DNA of 64,000 nt, taken from assembly GCA_010093815.1 (NCBI GenBank), contig ML996565.1. One strand, 5' to 3'. The stretch comes from Pseudovirgaria hyperparasitica (taxonomy: Eukaryota). Both the position numbers and the translations under genes were made by a program. Below, piece after piece: positions 15,154-29,100 of this stretch (position 1 is the stretch's first letter; every line of letters begins with the position of its first letter). The notes beneath the pieces were generated by a model. It ran no database searches and was not told the DNA's origin. It saw nothing but the letters and a program-made list of their open reading frames with translations.

Positions 15154-15404
15154 TATAATTTAGAGAGATAAACCAATTTATATATGATACCTATACTTAA
15201 GTAACTTAAAGGAAATTAGAACCTAAAATTTAATAGTTATAGAATAAATAAGAACGCATATAATATCATTAAGTTAAGAATTAAATTACTAGAAAACTAG
15301 TAGATAGGTATCTAAACGGTCTAAAAAGAACCAAAACGGATAGAAACTAGGTAGATAGAGCCAACACACACTATATAGAAACCCTAGTAAATAGAGCCAT
15401 AGAG

Positions 15405-16709
15405 CTACTCCTCTATCTTATTATTACTCTTAGAGCGTAGTAAATAAACTAACTAAGTAATAGAGCGACGGAGGTTAGAGATCTTATCCTCTAGAGTAAC
15501 CATACGCTTAGTTAGAGCCTAGTAAGACGACGACTAAGCGCTAGAGCGGAGCGACTAGATCTAAAGTTAGCTAACGCGGTCTAGAATAATCTAGAATAGA
15601 ATATATACCCTCTTATAAGGTAACTTAGAAGGAGAACTAGTAGATCTCTTATAAGATCTATTAGTAGCATAAGGCGGGCAGGAAGGAATAGTACGAATCT
15701 CTTCTATGGCCTTAGTAGCTAAAACCGACTCTCTAGAATAGGTAGCCTAAGCGCTAGGAATCTCGCGGCGACTAAAAATTATAAGCTAAGGTTAATAATA
15801 ATTAACGGTTTCTAAACTTATACTTTAATAACCTCTAGAAAAAGCTTATAGCGCTCTCTAAACTCCCTATATATAGAAGCTAGATAACCGCTAGAACCGC
15901 CGAGAGTCTCGCGGACGCGAAGATTATTATATATATCTTATATATAAATAGAAACCTAAAAACGTATTAGTATAGATAACTTTAGATTACCCTAGACTAA
16001 AATAGCCTAATAGACTTACCTAAAGATAAACTTTACTAAGAATAGTATAGCGGTAGTAGTAGGTAGGGAGCTTAAAGATTAGATATATAGGCCTATTACG
16101 GTTAGTAGAGTAGTAGCTAATACTAGAGTTAGAGCGGAAGAGATATTTAGAGCTAGTAGTATAAGCCTTAATATACTTAAAGTATATCGAACCGTAGTTC
16201 GCCGTTTTCCTATAGCGTAAACCGCGACTACGTTTAGTATCTTTAGCGATCTAGGCCTTATTATTACTAGGGCTAGGTTTAGAGCGAATATTAAGGTTCT
16301 AAAAGAACCTAGAGTAACTAAGTTAGTCTATATTAGACTAAAAAGAGGAACGGTATTTAGAGCGAGGCGGCGAAGGCGTAAACTCTTAATTATCGTCTAT
16401 GACGAGATCTTCTTTATCCTCTAAAGGAGGTAGAGTAGATAGACGGCACGAGTAGATGTAGATAGGCTTTATAGCTACCTCTTCTATAATACTAGTACTA
16501 GGATTACCTAGATTAGAGCGACTAGTGGCTACGTTAGTAGTAATAGTAGTAGTAGCCTTAGCTACCTTCTTCTCTAACTTAGAGCGCGCCTTTATACTAC
16601 TACGATAAGTGGATTTTTTAGCTAGTATAGCCGGGGTAGAGATAATCCCTTTAGAGCGAGTCTTATAAGAGGAGGAGGTAGGCTTAGGAATAGAACTAGT
16701 ATTAGATAT
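15405..16709 (-). pseudogene. Antisense, intron-containing accessory gene of Gypsy C with Zn-cluster-like Cys pattern
   Basis: Frame from ATA(ATG) at 16709 has only TAA/TAG stops. Intron 16019-15956 (GTAAGT...ACTAAT...TTTTAG) is phase 0 and keeps the frame. Tyr codons (RIPed Cys) form CxxC...C...CxxC-x6-C just before the intron. An upstream GCTAAC...TAG acceptor abuts the start. Confidence 0.7.
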
Positions 16710-17196
16710 CTATATATACACGTTAGCTAGAGATCTAAGAGTAGAATACTTATTTAGCCTTAAAGGCGATTAAAGAAGCTAAATTAGTAACCGTAATAAC
16801 GCGAATAGATTATATAGAACTAGCTCTAATAAAAATAGACTACTCTAGATCTAAACGGATCTAAACTAAAGGAGATAGTATACGAATTAACGACTTACCT
16901 TAAGAGTAAGGTAGATATACTAGAGAAGAAAATTTAGAATAAGAGAACTAAATATAAGCTTAGTTAATATAGCGGTCATATAACCCGCGGAGCTATCTCT
17001 AAGGTAGTAGCTATGAAGTAAGGGATGAGCGCGTATATAAATAAAAGTAAACTAGAGCTTAAGTTTACTATTATAAAGACTATTAATAACGTTATATAGA
17101 TTTAATTAGATGCGCGTATAAATATAACGCTTATAGAATTACGGATTTATATATAGCTAAGTACTTTAGGGCGAAGCATAAAAAGAAGAAGGATAT

Positions 17197-17436
17197 TATT
17201 AGGGCTAATACTAGGATGGACTTAACTAGACTACTATGGTCTAGTACGGTCCGTGATAGGTGGACCTAGGTTAAGCTAGCTAGAATAAGCGAGACTACTA
17301 TATAAGTAGGCCGTACACACTTAATTCCTACTCTTTAGAAATTAACCTCGTTAGGAGAGTAGACTACCCTTTTAAATATATTCCCGAATCCTCCTATAAC
17401 CTGTTAGACTACTATTCTATATCTATAATCCTTACA
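17197..17436 (+). repeat. 3' LTR, Gypsy C
   Basis: Direct repeat of 4130-4369, followed by TSD TATCT. Confidence 0.95.
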
Positions 17437-19262
17437 TATCTAAAGTTCTAACTTTATATCTATTAACTATAATAGTTTAGTTAACTTTACTAAGATTATA
17501 TAATAATCTATACTCCTTTATAAGAATTAATAAAATATAGTTATCTTCTATACTAGTATCTATAAGGGCCTATATAGTTTTATTACTATTTACTATAGGT
17601 AATAATACTTTTAGTAATATAAGGTCTTTACTTACTAGAAGGCGCTATAGCTTCTTCTAAGTATATATAATTTAGCTAAGAACGTGGTTAGGTCTTATAT
17701 ACTAGTCTATTCTTTTTTTAGATTCTTATAGTTAAGTAAAATATATTCTATTTCTCTATACTTATAGTAATAAAGTATACTATAATCCTACTATTTTATA
17801 ATAGATATTATATTTAAGTCTATATCTTATTCTTTTCTATATTAAGAAGTACCGCCTTAATTATTTTAGTATCCTCTTAGCGCGTTTCTACCCTAATTTA
17901 TACTCTTCTAGCGCTAATTATAGTAAGGTTACTCTTAATTAAATATATTTAATTAACCTTATTTCTAATCTATATAGAGTTTATCGGTTTTACCTAGAGA
18001 GCTATATTCCTTAAGAATATAGTAGTATTTATTAGCTTTCTCCTCTAATTTATATAGATAGTTAAAACTTAATAATACTATTTCTAGTCTTTTATAGATT
18101 AACGGAAGTAGTACTTCGCAAAACTAGAATATATAAATATTTTTCTATAGCATAGGGATATTATTCTATAGGTTTTAGAGATATTATAGTAGTTAAGTAG
18201 ATATCTAGTTTAGTCATTATACTACGCTTCTTAACTTAGATAGTACCTTTCTTTTACATTCTCTATCCATTCCAAGAGTATTTAGTATAAATATAGCTAA
18301 ATATTCCTAGGTTATCATAGATAGTAGCTATACTTCCTTCTATCTATTCTATTAATTATAGGATTATAAGTCTAGGTATTATTCTCTAAATAAAATATAT
18401 TATACTTTAGTAGAAAAGAGTAGAGGGTTATTAAGGAAGTACTTTTTATAGTCTCTCTTCTAGTCTTTCTACTTCTTTTAGTTCTTCTCTATAAATATAG
18501 TTAGATCTTTAGATTTAGATATATCTAGAAAAGAAGTAGAGTAAATTAGTAACGAAGTAGCTAGAAGTATAGTAGATTATTATAACTCTAATAGTAGGTA
18601 AACTAATTCCGCCTAAATTAGTATAGAAAGTTATCTATCTATTATTATTTAGCGTAGTTCTTTAAGAGACTTCTTAAGTTCTTATCTCTTTATAAGGAGT
18701 TTCACGCGTTCTATCTACTCTTTAAGAGTTTAAATCTCTTAGGCCTAATTCATAATATATTTCTAAATTTTAGTAATAGTTTATTATAATACCTTATATA
18801 GCTTCGCTATAACTCGTTATCCGGCTTTATATTATTAGAAGTTACTTAGTATATCTACTATTTCTTTATCTAAAAGCTCCGTAATTTAGTCTAATATCTC
18901 TACTTCTTAGTTAGAAATAGCTAGATTTAATACTAATTATAGAGGATCTCTATTATTTAATATAGTATTACTTATCTCTATAGTAGATTATATTAATCTT
19001 CTTAGTTCTAGTTAGACTATCTTAACTATAGTACTATATAGGGAGTAATTTAAATATAAGAATAGGGTTATTAGATAGTAGTATAGTTAGATAGAATAAT
19101 AGAGTATATTCTATTATAGAATAAATTACTACTAAACTCTTTTAATAGAAATCTAAGAGTATATATATAAAGAGACGCTAATCTATCTAGTATATAACTA
19201 TTTACTACTCTTCACGCTATCTTCTAACTATATTAGCTAAGGTATATACGGATCGGGTTATA
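17437..19262 (-). pseudogene. Gypsy B 5' part: protease, gag, and possible 5' LTR (~19112-19262)
   Basis: Minus strand GCC CTT ATA GAT ACT AGT (ALIDTG) ~17552-17569, and a RIPed CYKCGExGHIxxNC knuckle ~17727-17769. The LTR limits are a guess from TAT...ATA ends. Confidence 0.75.
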
Positions 19263-19429
19263 CCTAAGGCTAGGTCCTAATAGATATAGACTAGGGTAGT
19301 CTACGGCCGGTAGGCTGTAAGTAGCCTAGAAATTTAATCTACTTTCCTAGGGTATAAATACTCTTTAGTCTATCTAATCTACTAATTAATAGTTTACATT
19401 ATATATTAGTATATATACTACTTTATATA

Positions 19430-19837
19430 TCACTCTATATATTAACTCTATATTAACTCTCTATTAACCCTCTATTAACTCTCTATTAATTCTCTATTAA
19501 CTCTCTATTAAGTCTATATTAATTCTCTATTAACTCTATATTAATTCTATATTAACTCTCTATTAAGTCTATATTAATTCTCTATTAACTCTATATTAAT
19601 TCTTTATTAACTCTCTATTAAGACTATATTAATTCTCTATTAACTCTCTAATAAGTCTATATTAATTCTTTCTTAACTCTCTATTAAGACTATATTAATT
19701 CTCTATTAACTCTCTATTAACTCTCTATTAAGACTATATTAATTCTCTATTAACTCTCTATTAACTCTCTATTAAGACTATATTAATTCTCTATTAACTC
19801 TCTATAAACTCTATATTAATTCCCTATTAACTCTCTA
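19430..19837. repeat. 11-bp minisatellite (attaactctct variants, about 37 units)
   Basis: attaa recurs at 19441, 19452, 19463, 19474, 19485, 19496 and onward. Confidence 0.95.
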
Positions 19838-20063
19838 TACTAATTTAAAGATAGTATTATTTATTTTCTAATATTTTCTTCTATATTCTTTCTTACTTTC
19901 TACTCTATATATTATTCTATACTATCTTCTATCTACTTTATTATAGAGAATATATAAAGTCTATTTTAAGTTCTAAGAAGTAGATATCTATTATATATTA
20001 TTCTAATTAATAATAAAGTAAAAGAAAAGTATTAGAGTTAGAAGAATTATCTTTAGATAAGAA

Positions 20064-20155
20064 GCGGCCTTAGCGCCTTAGATAGGGCAGCCTTAGCGCC
20101 TTAGATAGAGTAGTCTTAGCGCCTTATATAGAGCGGCCTTAGTACCTTAGATAGA
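20064..20155. repeat. 23-bp tandem repeat, 4 copies (gcggccttagcgccttagatagr)
   Basis: Directly visible. Confidence 0.9.
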
Positions 20156-20186
20156 GAAGTTAGGCTAGAGACTTAATATAAAACTA

Positions 20187-20269
20187 CTAAATAGTTAAGA
20201 ATCGAACCCTTAACCTTTCTATTACTTTCTATTCCTATCTATACTATATACTACTATACTATCTATCTA
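20187..20269 (-). pseudogene. tRNA-like / Pol III promoter relic (A and B boxes)
   Basis: Minus strand has TAGTATAGTAGT (RIP of TGGTGTAGTGGT, 20261-20250) and GGTTCGATTC (20208-20199), about 41 nt apart. The cloverleaf is only partly recoverable. Confidence 0.4.
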
Positions 20270-22450
20270 AGTTCTAAAGAGTCTTACTTCTAGGGTTAAT
20301 AAACCCTTTCTACTTATACTTAAAACTCTACTCTTACCCTCTAATAGAGTACTATATACGCTAAAAAGTAGATAGAATTACTTACTATAAAGAGATCTAT
20401 AAGATAGTTAGCTTAGAATTCTTAATTAGGCTATAGGTAATTTATTATATTATAAAATATAGATTATTTATTATAGTTTAGACGTAGAGAGAGAGTAAGG
20501 TACTAAGGTATACTAGAAAATCCACGGCTAAGCCGTACGAATTTTTAACTCTTAAACCTACTACTAAATGTAATACTAGAGACTTATAAACTCTACTTAT
20601 CTATAATAATATAGCTATATATAGTAAAAAGTATATAGAATTACACAGCGGTTTATTCTCTATAGAATTATTAGTTAAATTTTTAATTAAGAGTATGGTT
20701 AATTTATTATATTATAAAAGGTAGTTTTCTAGTTATAGTTTTAGTAAGAGCGCTAGCAGGCACTAGATAAAATATTATATCTTTTTATAATTTCTTTGGA
20801 ATTTATATAGATTTATTATAATTTACTATAATTAATATAGCTTACTAATTTTTATAGTATATATAGCTAGTAATAATAATAATCTATAAGAATCTATATA
20901 AATTAGTAATAATTATAATATAGTTTTCTAAAGCCTTAATATTTAGAAGTAATTAGTATAGAAATAGATACCTTTAAATAATCTCTATCTTATATATATT
21001 ACTAATATATTAAAAGCTATTAATCTACTCTAACCTAGACTAGACTCTAATAATCTAGCTATATATTATTATAGTTATTACTTTCTATTATATACCGCTT
21101 ATAGTAGTACTAATTCTATAACTTATAGTATCTATATAACTAAAAAGTATTATTATTTATAGATATTTAAATAGGTTTAAAGAACTTTATATAGATTTAC
21201 TTATATTAGTATAGATTACTACTAGGCCTCTAGTAACCCCTACTAATAAGAAATATAGTATTACTAATTATAATATCTTAGAGAAGACTTTCTATAAGTT
21301 ATATATCTATAGTAAGAAGTATATCTAGAAGTATAATTCTAATATAATCTATAAAGATTTAGTAGAATCTACTATAGCTATTATTACTATAATTACTAGA
21401 TAATATTATTTTTCTTAAATTATTATAGATTCTTACTAATATATATTAATCTCTATAATAGTACTAAAATCTCTACTACTTTAGACTTCTTTCTATATAC
21501 TAATAATATTAAAATTCCTAGAAAAGATTCTAGTAAAAAAGCTAAGGTTCCTTTCTTATATATATCTAAGAGCTATAAATTTAGAGAAGATAGCTCTAAT
21601 CTAGAAATTTCTATACTAAAGATATATAGTTCTATACTAATTATTAAATCTTTTTACTAATTTATATAATTCTTAGTATATCTATACTAGTCTATCTCTC
21701 TCTATTCTAGTTTCTACTACTCTATAGATTTCTATAGAGAAGTTTATAGCTATAAGATATACTATATAGAGTTTATAGTATTAGAATAAAAGGCTAGAGA
21801 CCTATATTATAAAGCTCTATACTATACTAAATAAAAATTAGTAGAAGAAATTAAATATAATTATTATAATAATTAGTTCTTCTACTTCTACTCTAACTTA
21901 ATTAGTTTAGATCTATACTAATTAGTACTAATATATTTCTTTTATCTAGTATTTTTAGTTTTTAGTTTTAATTTTAAAGTAATCTTACTTCTTCTAGATA
22001 GATTAGTATAAGTTTATATAAATCTATATAGATCTCTATATTTTCTTCTAGTTTTCTTAATTTTATCTTTCTTTAATAATAACTTCTTTAATCTCTTTAG
22101 TAATCTATACTAATCTATACTAATTAGTACTAATTTTTAATATCTATTTCTCTTAGTAAATAATTTTTTTAAATCTCTTTTTTTAGTTAAATTCTTTAAA
22201 GTTCTAAGTTTAAACTCTCTAAGAAAGTTCTAAGTCTAAACTTTCTAAGGAAGTTCCTTAATTCCTTAGAATATTTTAAAGATCTATATTACTTTTACCT
22301 TCTTCCTTTTAGATAGCTATCCTTAGTACTAAACTATACTAAAAAACGTTAAATTACTATACTTTATTATAATTCTCTATAATTCTATAGCTTTCTTTAT
22401 TAATTATTACTTATATACTAATATTACTACTTTACTTATATTTATTATAG

Positions 22451-22600
22451 TGTTATAGCTATAGTAGTAGTATATACCATGTATAATTAATATAGGTAGT
22501 AGCGAACCGGTCGTTTATATAAATATAACTAACTAGATATATATATAGAAAATAGTATACTTTATAACTAATATAACTTAACTTATTAATAATCTTAATA
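22451..22600 (+). repeat. 5' LTR, Gypsy D (150 bp)
   Basis: Direct repeat of 31850-31997, differing in length by one TA unit. Confidence 0.93.
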
Positions 22601-25600
22601 AAGTAGTAGCTAAAAACTAGTATCTACTAGTTCGTATACTTCGAATACTAAGTCCTTTTTACTAGGCTATCTTAGTTAATATAGTAATAATAGAATAATT
22701 ACTAGTTTAAGTAACCTCCTTCTTACTATACTATCTATACTAACTACTTTATTATAGGCTAGTAAAACGTCCTTCTCCTAGTATATAGTATAAGTAGAAT
22801 AGACTCGTTATATTACTATAAACTTAACTCTCTAGAGCTCGAGAACGCTCTATTTACTAGTTATAAGACTATATATAGATCGAACTAGATATCTATAACT
22901 TTATTACTTCTATATTTTACTATTTAGCTTAAAAGTTTTCTATTATATACTAGATACTAGTAATTTTATATTTCCTATACTCTTACTAGCCGCTTATAAT
23001 AATAGCTTATATTACTACTAGAGGACTTAGTTCTCCTAGAGTATTAACTATTTAGTTATAGATAAGTTAATTAATAGATGTTTAGAAATCTACTACTACT
23101 TAAGATAGTACTTAATTATCTTATTACTAACTATCTATCGCCCTCTACTCTAGAATGTTTCTTATAAAATAGAAGGCTAGCTACTAAGCCTTTTCTACTA
23201 TAGTAGTTAATAAATCGCCTAGCGTTATAAGAGGCGTATAACTTATTTCTAAATAACCCGTTAATCTAAGCTTAGTACCCTTTAACTACTAGACTCTCTA
23301 GGGCTTTCTTAAGCTTATCGGACTCGGTTAATTATATAGTAAGCTCTAGTATAGACGCTACTATATCTAACTACCCTAAACGTACTAGTACTTTAGTAGA
23401 ATATACTATACTATATTAGATAGATATAGACGCCGGTAATAGTAGTACGCTAGCTAGGGCTCTAACGACTAATAATAGAGACTTTATAGTAAGATAGTAA
23501 GCTATAATTATAGCTATAATCTAGTAGACTCTTACTTAGCGGGCGGGTAGTTTATAGAATAATAACTAAAACCTAATAGATAGTAGTAAAAACCTACTAT
23601 TTAACGATAACGAAGACGGTTAAGAGTTTAGAATATAAGAAATTAGATTCTTCTAATCTAACTTAGATTATAGCTTTAGAGATAGAGATATTATTTTTAC
23701 TAGTTAGAATATATATATATATAGTATATATATTTTCCTTAACTAGATTAAAGACACTACTATAGCTAGAGGAACCGAAACTATTAAGTTAAAAATCTCT
23801 TAGTATCTATAAGAATATACCCTTAAGTAGTTTATATTAGAATTATTTAATCTTAAGAAGAAGGCGCTCCGTTACTTACCTAGTTTAGATACCTAGACTA
23901 TAGCCTTAATTAAGTAGTTTAAGTAGCTATTATCTAATACTCTATTATTCCTTATAATATAAAGATATACTCTCTAATAGACCCGCTCTTAAACCGACGT
24001 TACTTTATATATATATACTATAGCTCGCGACTATAGTACTATATAACTATTAGGCCCTTCTAGCTAAAACGCTTAGATGTTCGCATAGAATGGTATTAAT
24101 ATCCTCCTTTACTAGGGTCTACCTCTACTAATAGAATCTATATCTCTAGTCTAATTTATATAAACTCTATAGATAAAATATAAAGAATAGTACTAACTTA
24201 TCTACTATTACCTTAGTAGTATATAGCACGGTACTTTAAGTTAATTTACTTAATAAGGAAGAGAAGATAGTTAATATAATAGCTCTTATTACTATAACTT
24301 ACCTTAACTATTTAGTAACTCTTAAGACTAGGGCTAGTCTAATAGTTATTATCTTATAACCGATTAACCTAATTAACGCTATAACTTATACTAGCTCTAC
24401 CCTCTATAATAGTTCTAATAAGAAATTAGAAGATTTAGATAAAGATAGTTAAAAGACATTAGCTAATATATATTAGCTACTAGCTATAACTAGTACTTCT
24501 ATAGATTATTCTACCAGTTCTAGAATAACTAATAAGCTCTATACTAGCTAGTCTTAGTCTCTTAGTAATAATAGATAATTTACCTAACTACTACGACCGT
24601 TCTACTAGGCGTATAATATTTAGAAAGAATTATATAATCTAGATATTAAAGACGCTTACTATATAGAGGTTAAAGAAGCTTTCTTCTACCTTAGGCTAAC
24701 CGATATAGATACTATTAAACTAGTATAGTTTAGTAACGAAACCGGCCTTACTAGCCTTAATCTACCGCCTAGCGATATTAACAAGAGTCTACCTTTATAA
24801 TTTATAGTATGCTAAGTAACTAATATATATCTAGTATACTAGATCTAATATAACGTTTATAACGAGGTATTTCTATCGCGAAATAAGCTATTTAAGTACC
24901 TTAAGAATAGAAAGTACCTTAAGATAATAGTAAAGGCTAAGGTTCCCCTATATAATTATATAGTTCTAAGATTAGATATTATATATTATAATATCTAGGG
25001 TAATATAGTACTATTATTAGTTAGTAACCTACTAGATACTAGCTAAGTATATAAAGGATTATACTATATCTAAGTTAAGGTCTTACTTAGTCTTAACGGC
25101 TCTATTAAATATATCTATCTAGATATAGAAAGTATAGTAATACTAATTAACCGAGCTTTTCTTAAATAGTAGAACTCTAATATCTAAATACTTATCTAAC
25201 TAGCTATTTCTATTTAAGAAGTAGAGGGAGTTAAGCCTATAAAGTCGACTAAGTTTATAGTTATTATACTATTTCTCCTAGGCTAAACGTCTAATAGTTT
25301 AACTACTATAATTATAAAAGTAATATATAAAGTATATATTCTTAACTATTTATAGATAGATCTTCTTCTTAGAACTAACGTTATAGTATCTTAGAAGATA
25401 GATATCTATATAAGTATATATATAATAACTATTAGTATATATAGCGGGATTACTATACTAACCTTTACTACTACTATTCGACTAGTAGTACGCTAGAGAG
25501 TAACCGTTTTATAGTATACTATCCTCTAGCTACGAATACTTATACTAGTCCTAATTATAATCTATTACTAGCACGAGTTAGCCGTAGAAGATTATATATT

Positions 25601-28600
25601 TACCCTAATATATATAAGTATAAGGCTTGGTTAGGGTAGAGACGTCTATATATATCTTACTAACTAAAATATAGTATATATATTTATTATAAACTATAGA
25701 TTTAGGTTAGTATATATAAATAAAAATATAAGACTTAGTATATTAATAGACGAAATAGATACCCTCTATATATTTTAGACTAAAGTAGTCCCTTTAGACG
25801 GTATAGAGGGATTATCTATAAAGCTTACTTAGCTTAATAAAGTTAAATAGATAGGCGTGTTTAGTATAAAAATTTACGCTAAAGATAAAGTAACTACCTA
25901 GATATTTAATAAGATTATCTAAAGTTATACTATCTTATTTTATAATACTAGACTTATAAATATTCTAGAGAAAGACTAGATATATATCCCCCTAGTAAGT
26001 AACTAGAAAATAGCTAGTATAAAGCTAAGCTACTATATCTACCTATTAGGGGCAAGTAGTAAGACTATTATTAATAAGATATATACTAAGCTTTATATAT
26101 AAGGTCGCATAGAATACCCGATATAGTTAATACCATTTAGTTTCCTAATATTTATTATATACTCTATAGTAAAGTTACTTACCTAGATATCGTATAAGAA
26201 CGCCGGTCGGGTAGTTAGAGATATAAGAGGCCTAAATAAAATTAGTATTAAGAACTTCTATCTATTACTACTCTAGGGTAATATTATCTAATATATAGCT
26301 AGAAAAAAGTTTATATCTATTATTAATATAGCTAGCTTCTTCTACTAGTAGCCGGTCGCTAAGGAAGACCGTTATAAACTAATATTTATATTATACTAGG
26401 GCTAGGAGTAGTTAAACGTTATTCTAATAGGTTTCGATAACTCTCTACTATACGTATAGAGATAGATTAATAAGATCTTATACGACGCTAGATACGAGGC
26501 GTTTACTATAGCGTATATTAATAATATTTCTATATTTAGTAAGGAACTTAACGAGTATCTTAACTACCTTTAGTAGGTATTTACTATACTATAAGTAAGA
26601 AACCTAACGCTTAAAGGTAAAAAGTATTACTTAGAATATCTATCTATTACTCTACTTAGTTAGAAGGTTAATACTTATAGACTCTCTACTATAGCTAAGA
26701 AATTAGTAGCTATATATAATCTCTAGTATCCCGAAACGCTTAATAAGCTTAAATACTACCTTAGACTAACTAGATAGTTATAGTAATACATGCTATATTA
26801 TACTTAACTTACCTAGAATCTATAGGCTAAGAAAACGCGTCTTCTTAAAGAAGTACCTTTAGCGGGATATATATATATAGTATACTATAAATGAATAAAG
26901 ATTACTTAAATAGACTAGCTATTAGTATTATAGAAGGGTATTTAGACCGCCTTCGCGGATAAGACTAAGCTTATCTACTATAATCTAAAATAATAGCTCT
27001 ACGTAGATATTAATATATTAAAGTATAGCTTTAGAGTCTTTACTTACTATATTAAAGGGGAAGTAGACGATATTATAAAGATTAGATAATTAGATATTAA
27101 GTCTATTCTATACCTTAGTAAAGAACTCTCTATAGCCGAGTCGTGGTACTAGCTAATAGAGCTAGAAGTAGTAGCGGTTATATAGACTATACGCTAAATA
27201 TACTATATAGTTAATAGTTTAGACTAACTAATAATTATTATTACTAACTATATAGCTATACTAAGTATCGTTTAATAGATAGCGCTTATAAGCTTATTAG
27301 TTAATAAGCTAAATCTCTAACTAGTATAGATCTTATAGTATCTATTATAGTTTAATCTAGAGCTTAAATATAGACTAGATAAAGAGCACGTAGTATCTAA
27401 TACTCTTTCTTAGCTCCGTTAGATCTATAATAGAGCCTAGCTAAGAGACTTAGATATCCTTAAGAAGCTCTTAATATTTAATATTATAATAGTTAAGATT
27501 AATCTAAAATTCATAAGGTAACTAGCTAACGTATACGATAATAATAAGTACTAGATAAGTATAAAAGCTATAGTACTAGACTAGAATAATAATCTTACCT
27601 AACTAATTCCTTTCTAATTTACTAATAGTATAATTTATTATATTAATTAGCTCGATGGATGATATTAGATATACGTACTAAAATTACTTAATAGAGATAT
27701 TTTTACTTAATTCCATAATAAGAGCGCTTATATAGGATTTTTCTAAGTATATAATTAGATTCGCGTAGACTACTTTATTTATTAACTTATAAAGCGTCTA
27801 AAGTACTATATTTAGTACTATCCTATATATAAAACTTACTAGATATAAAGATATATACCGTATAGTAAGTTAAAGCTAGTCTAGTTACTACTAATACTAT
27901 TTTATATAGTTATAATAGACTTTATTATTAGTCTACTAATATAGAATAGATTTAATACGCTACTTACTATAATAGATAAGTTTACTAAGCGAATCTACCT
28001 CGTTCTAGGCCGGAATAACTAGACTACTATATAATAGATAACTATATTTAGGAGGAGTATACTACTAGAATAGAGAGTTCTAGCTATAATTATTTATAAT
28101 AGGGACCGAAAATTCCTATTATTATTTTAGAAAGGAATTTTCGAGGGAATTAGTACTAAAATCCTAGTATTAACTACTTATTATAAATAGAGTAATAGTT
28201 AAAGCGAGCGCACAAACTAAACGGTTAAGATTACCCTATATTTTCTTATTTTAATATTACTAACTATAGGCTAGATAACCTATATTCTATTAGTCTAGTA
28301 GCTTATAAATAATTTAACGAATACCTCGATCTAAAAATCTCTAAATAAGATAGTATATAGCTTCTAACTATCTAAAGGCACCCTATTTAAGGAAACTAGT
28401 TTAATAGAAGTAAATGATTACGCCTAAAAGTATAATATAAACTAGAAGAAGGCGTTAGACGTGCTAGTATTTACCTAGACGCGTATAAAGGAGTGTTTCA
28501 ATAGATACTATACGTCTCTACTAGATCTCGCTCCTAGTAACTAGGTCTATATTTAACTATATAAAGGGTATAAGATTCTAGGTACTTATTATAAGCTTAG

Positions 28601-29100
28601 CTAATAGTAAGTCGAACTAGTATTAATTAAACGTATAGTAGACCGTTAGATATATAAACTAGAGCTACTAGAGACGTAGAAAATATACCTAGTAATATCT
28701 ATTAAGTAGTTAGAACTATTCCTAAAGGAACTCGACCGCTTTAACTATAGAGAAGATATATACCTACTTACTATTATAAATAAGTAGATAGCGATAGCTA
28801 TCTATAATCGGCGCTATATTTAAATTAGGTGTAATCGTAAACTAACTATTAAATACTAGGTAATGGTATATAGTAATAGTCTAGAATTCGGTTAATAGAT
28901 ATAGCGAAGTATACTTCTATTAGACTTAGTTAAAGAATATAACCTTAGATAAGCTTACTAGAATAGTCTACTAGGAGTCTAGCTAGATTAATAACTACTT
29001 AAAGTTATAATATCTATCCGCCCCTACCCATCGTAGATAGAGAGCTATTAATATCTATTATAATAAGCGGCGTTATAATATATATATTTACTAAAGTATT

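Larger units (their letters stand above)
4130..17436 (+). mobile_element. Full-length Gypsy chromovirus family C with nested LINE
   Basis: 240-bp LTRs at 4130-4369 and 17197-17436 (3' LTR ends ...CCTTACA). 5-bp TSD TATCT at 4125-4129 and 17437-17441. Polypurine tract aaaaagaagaagga precedes the 3' LTR. Confidence 0.95.

Noticed and set aside
19430..20155. CRISPR-like or telomeric array
   Set aside because: No unique spacers, eukaryotic context, and the unit is not TTAGGG. These are plain minisatellites.
20400..22445. Transposase or host gene inside the TIR element
   Set aside because: It looks like degenerate minus-strand coding sequence, but RIP is too heavy to recover any catalytic motif by eye.
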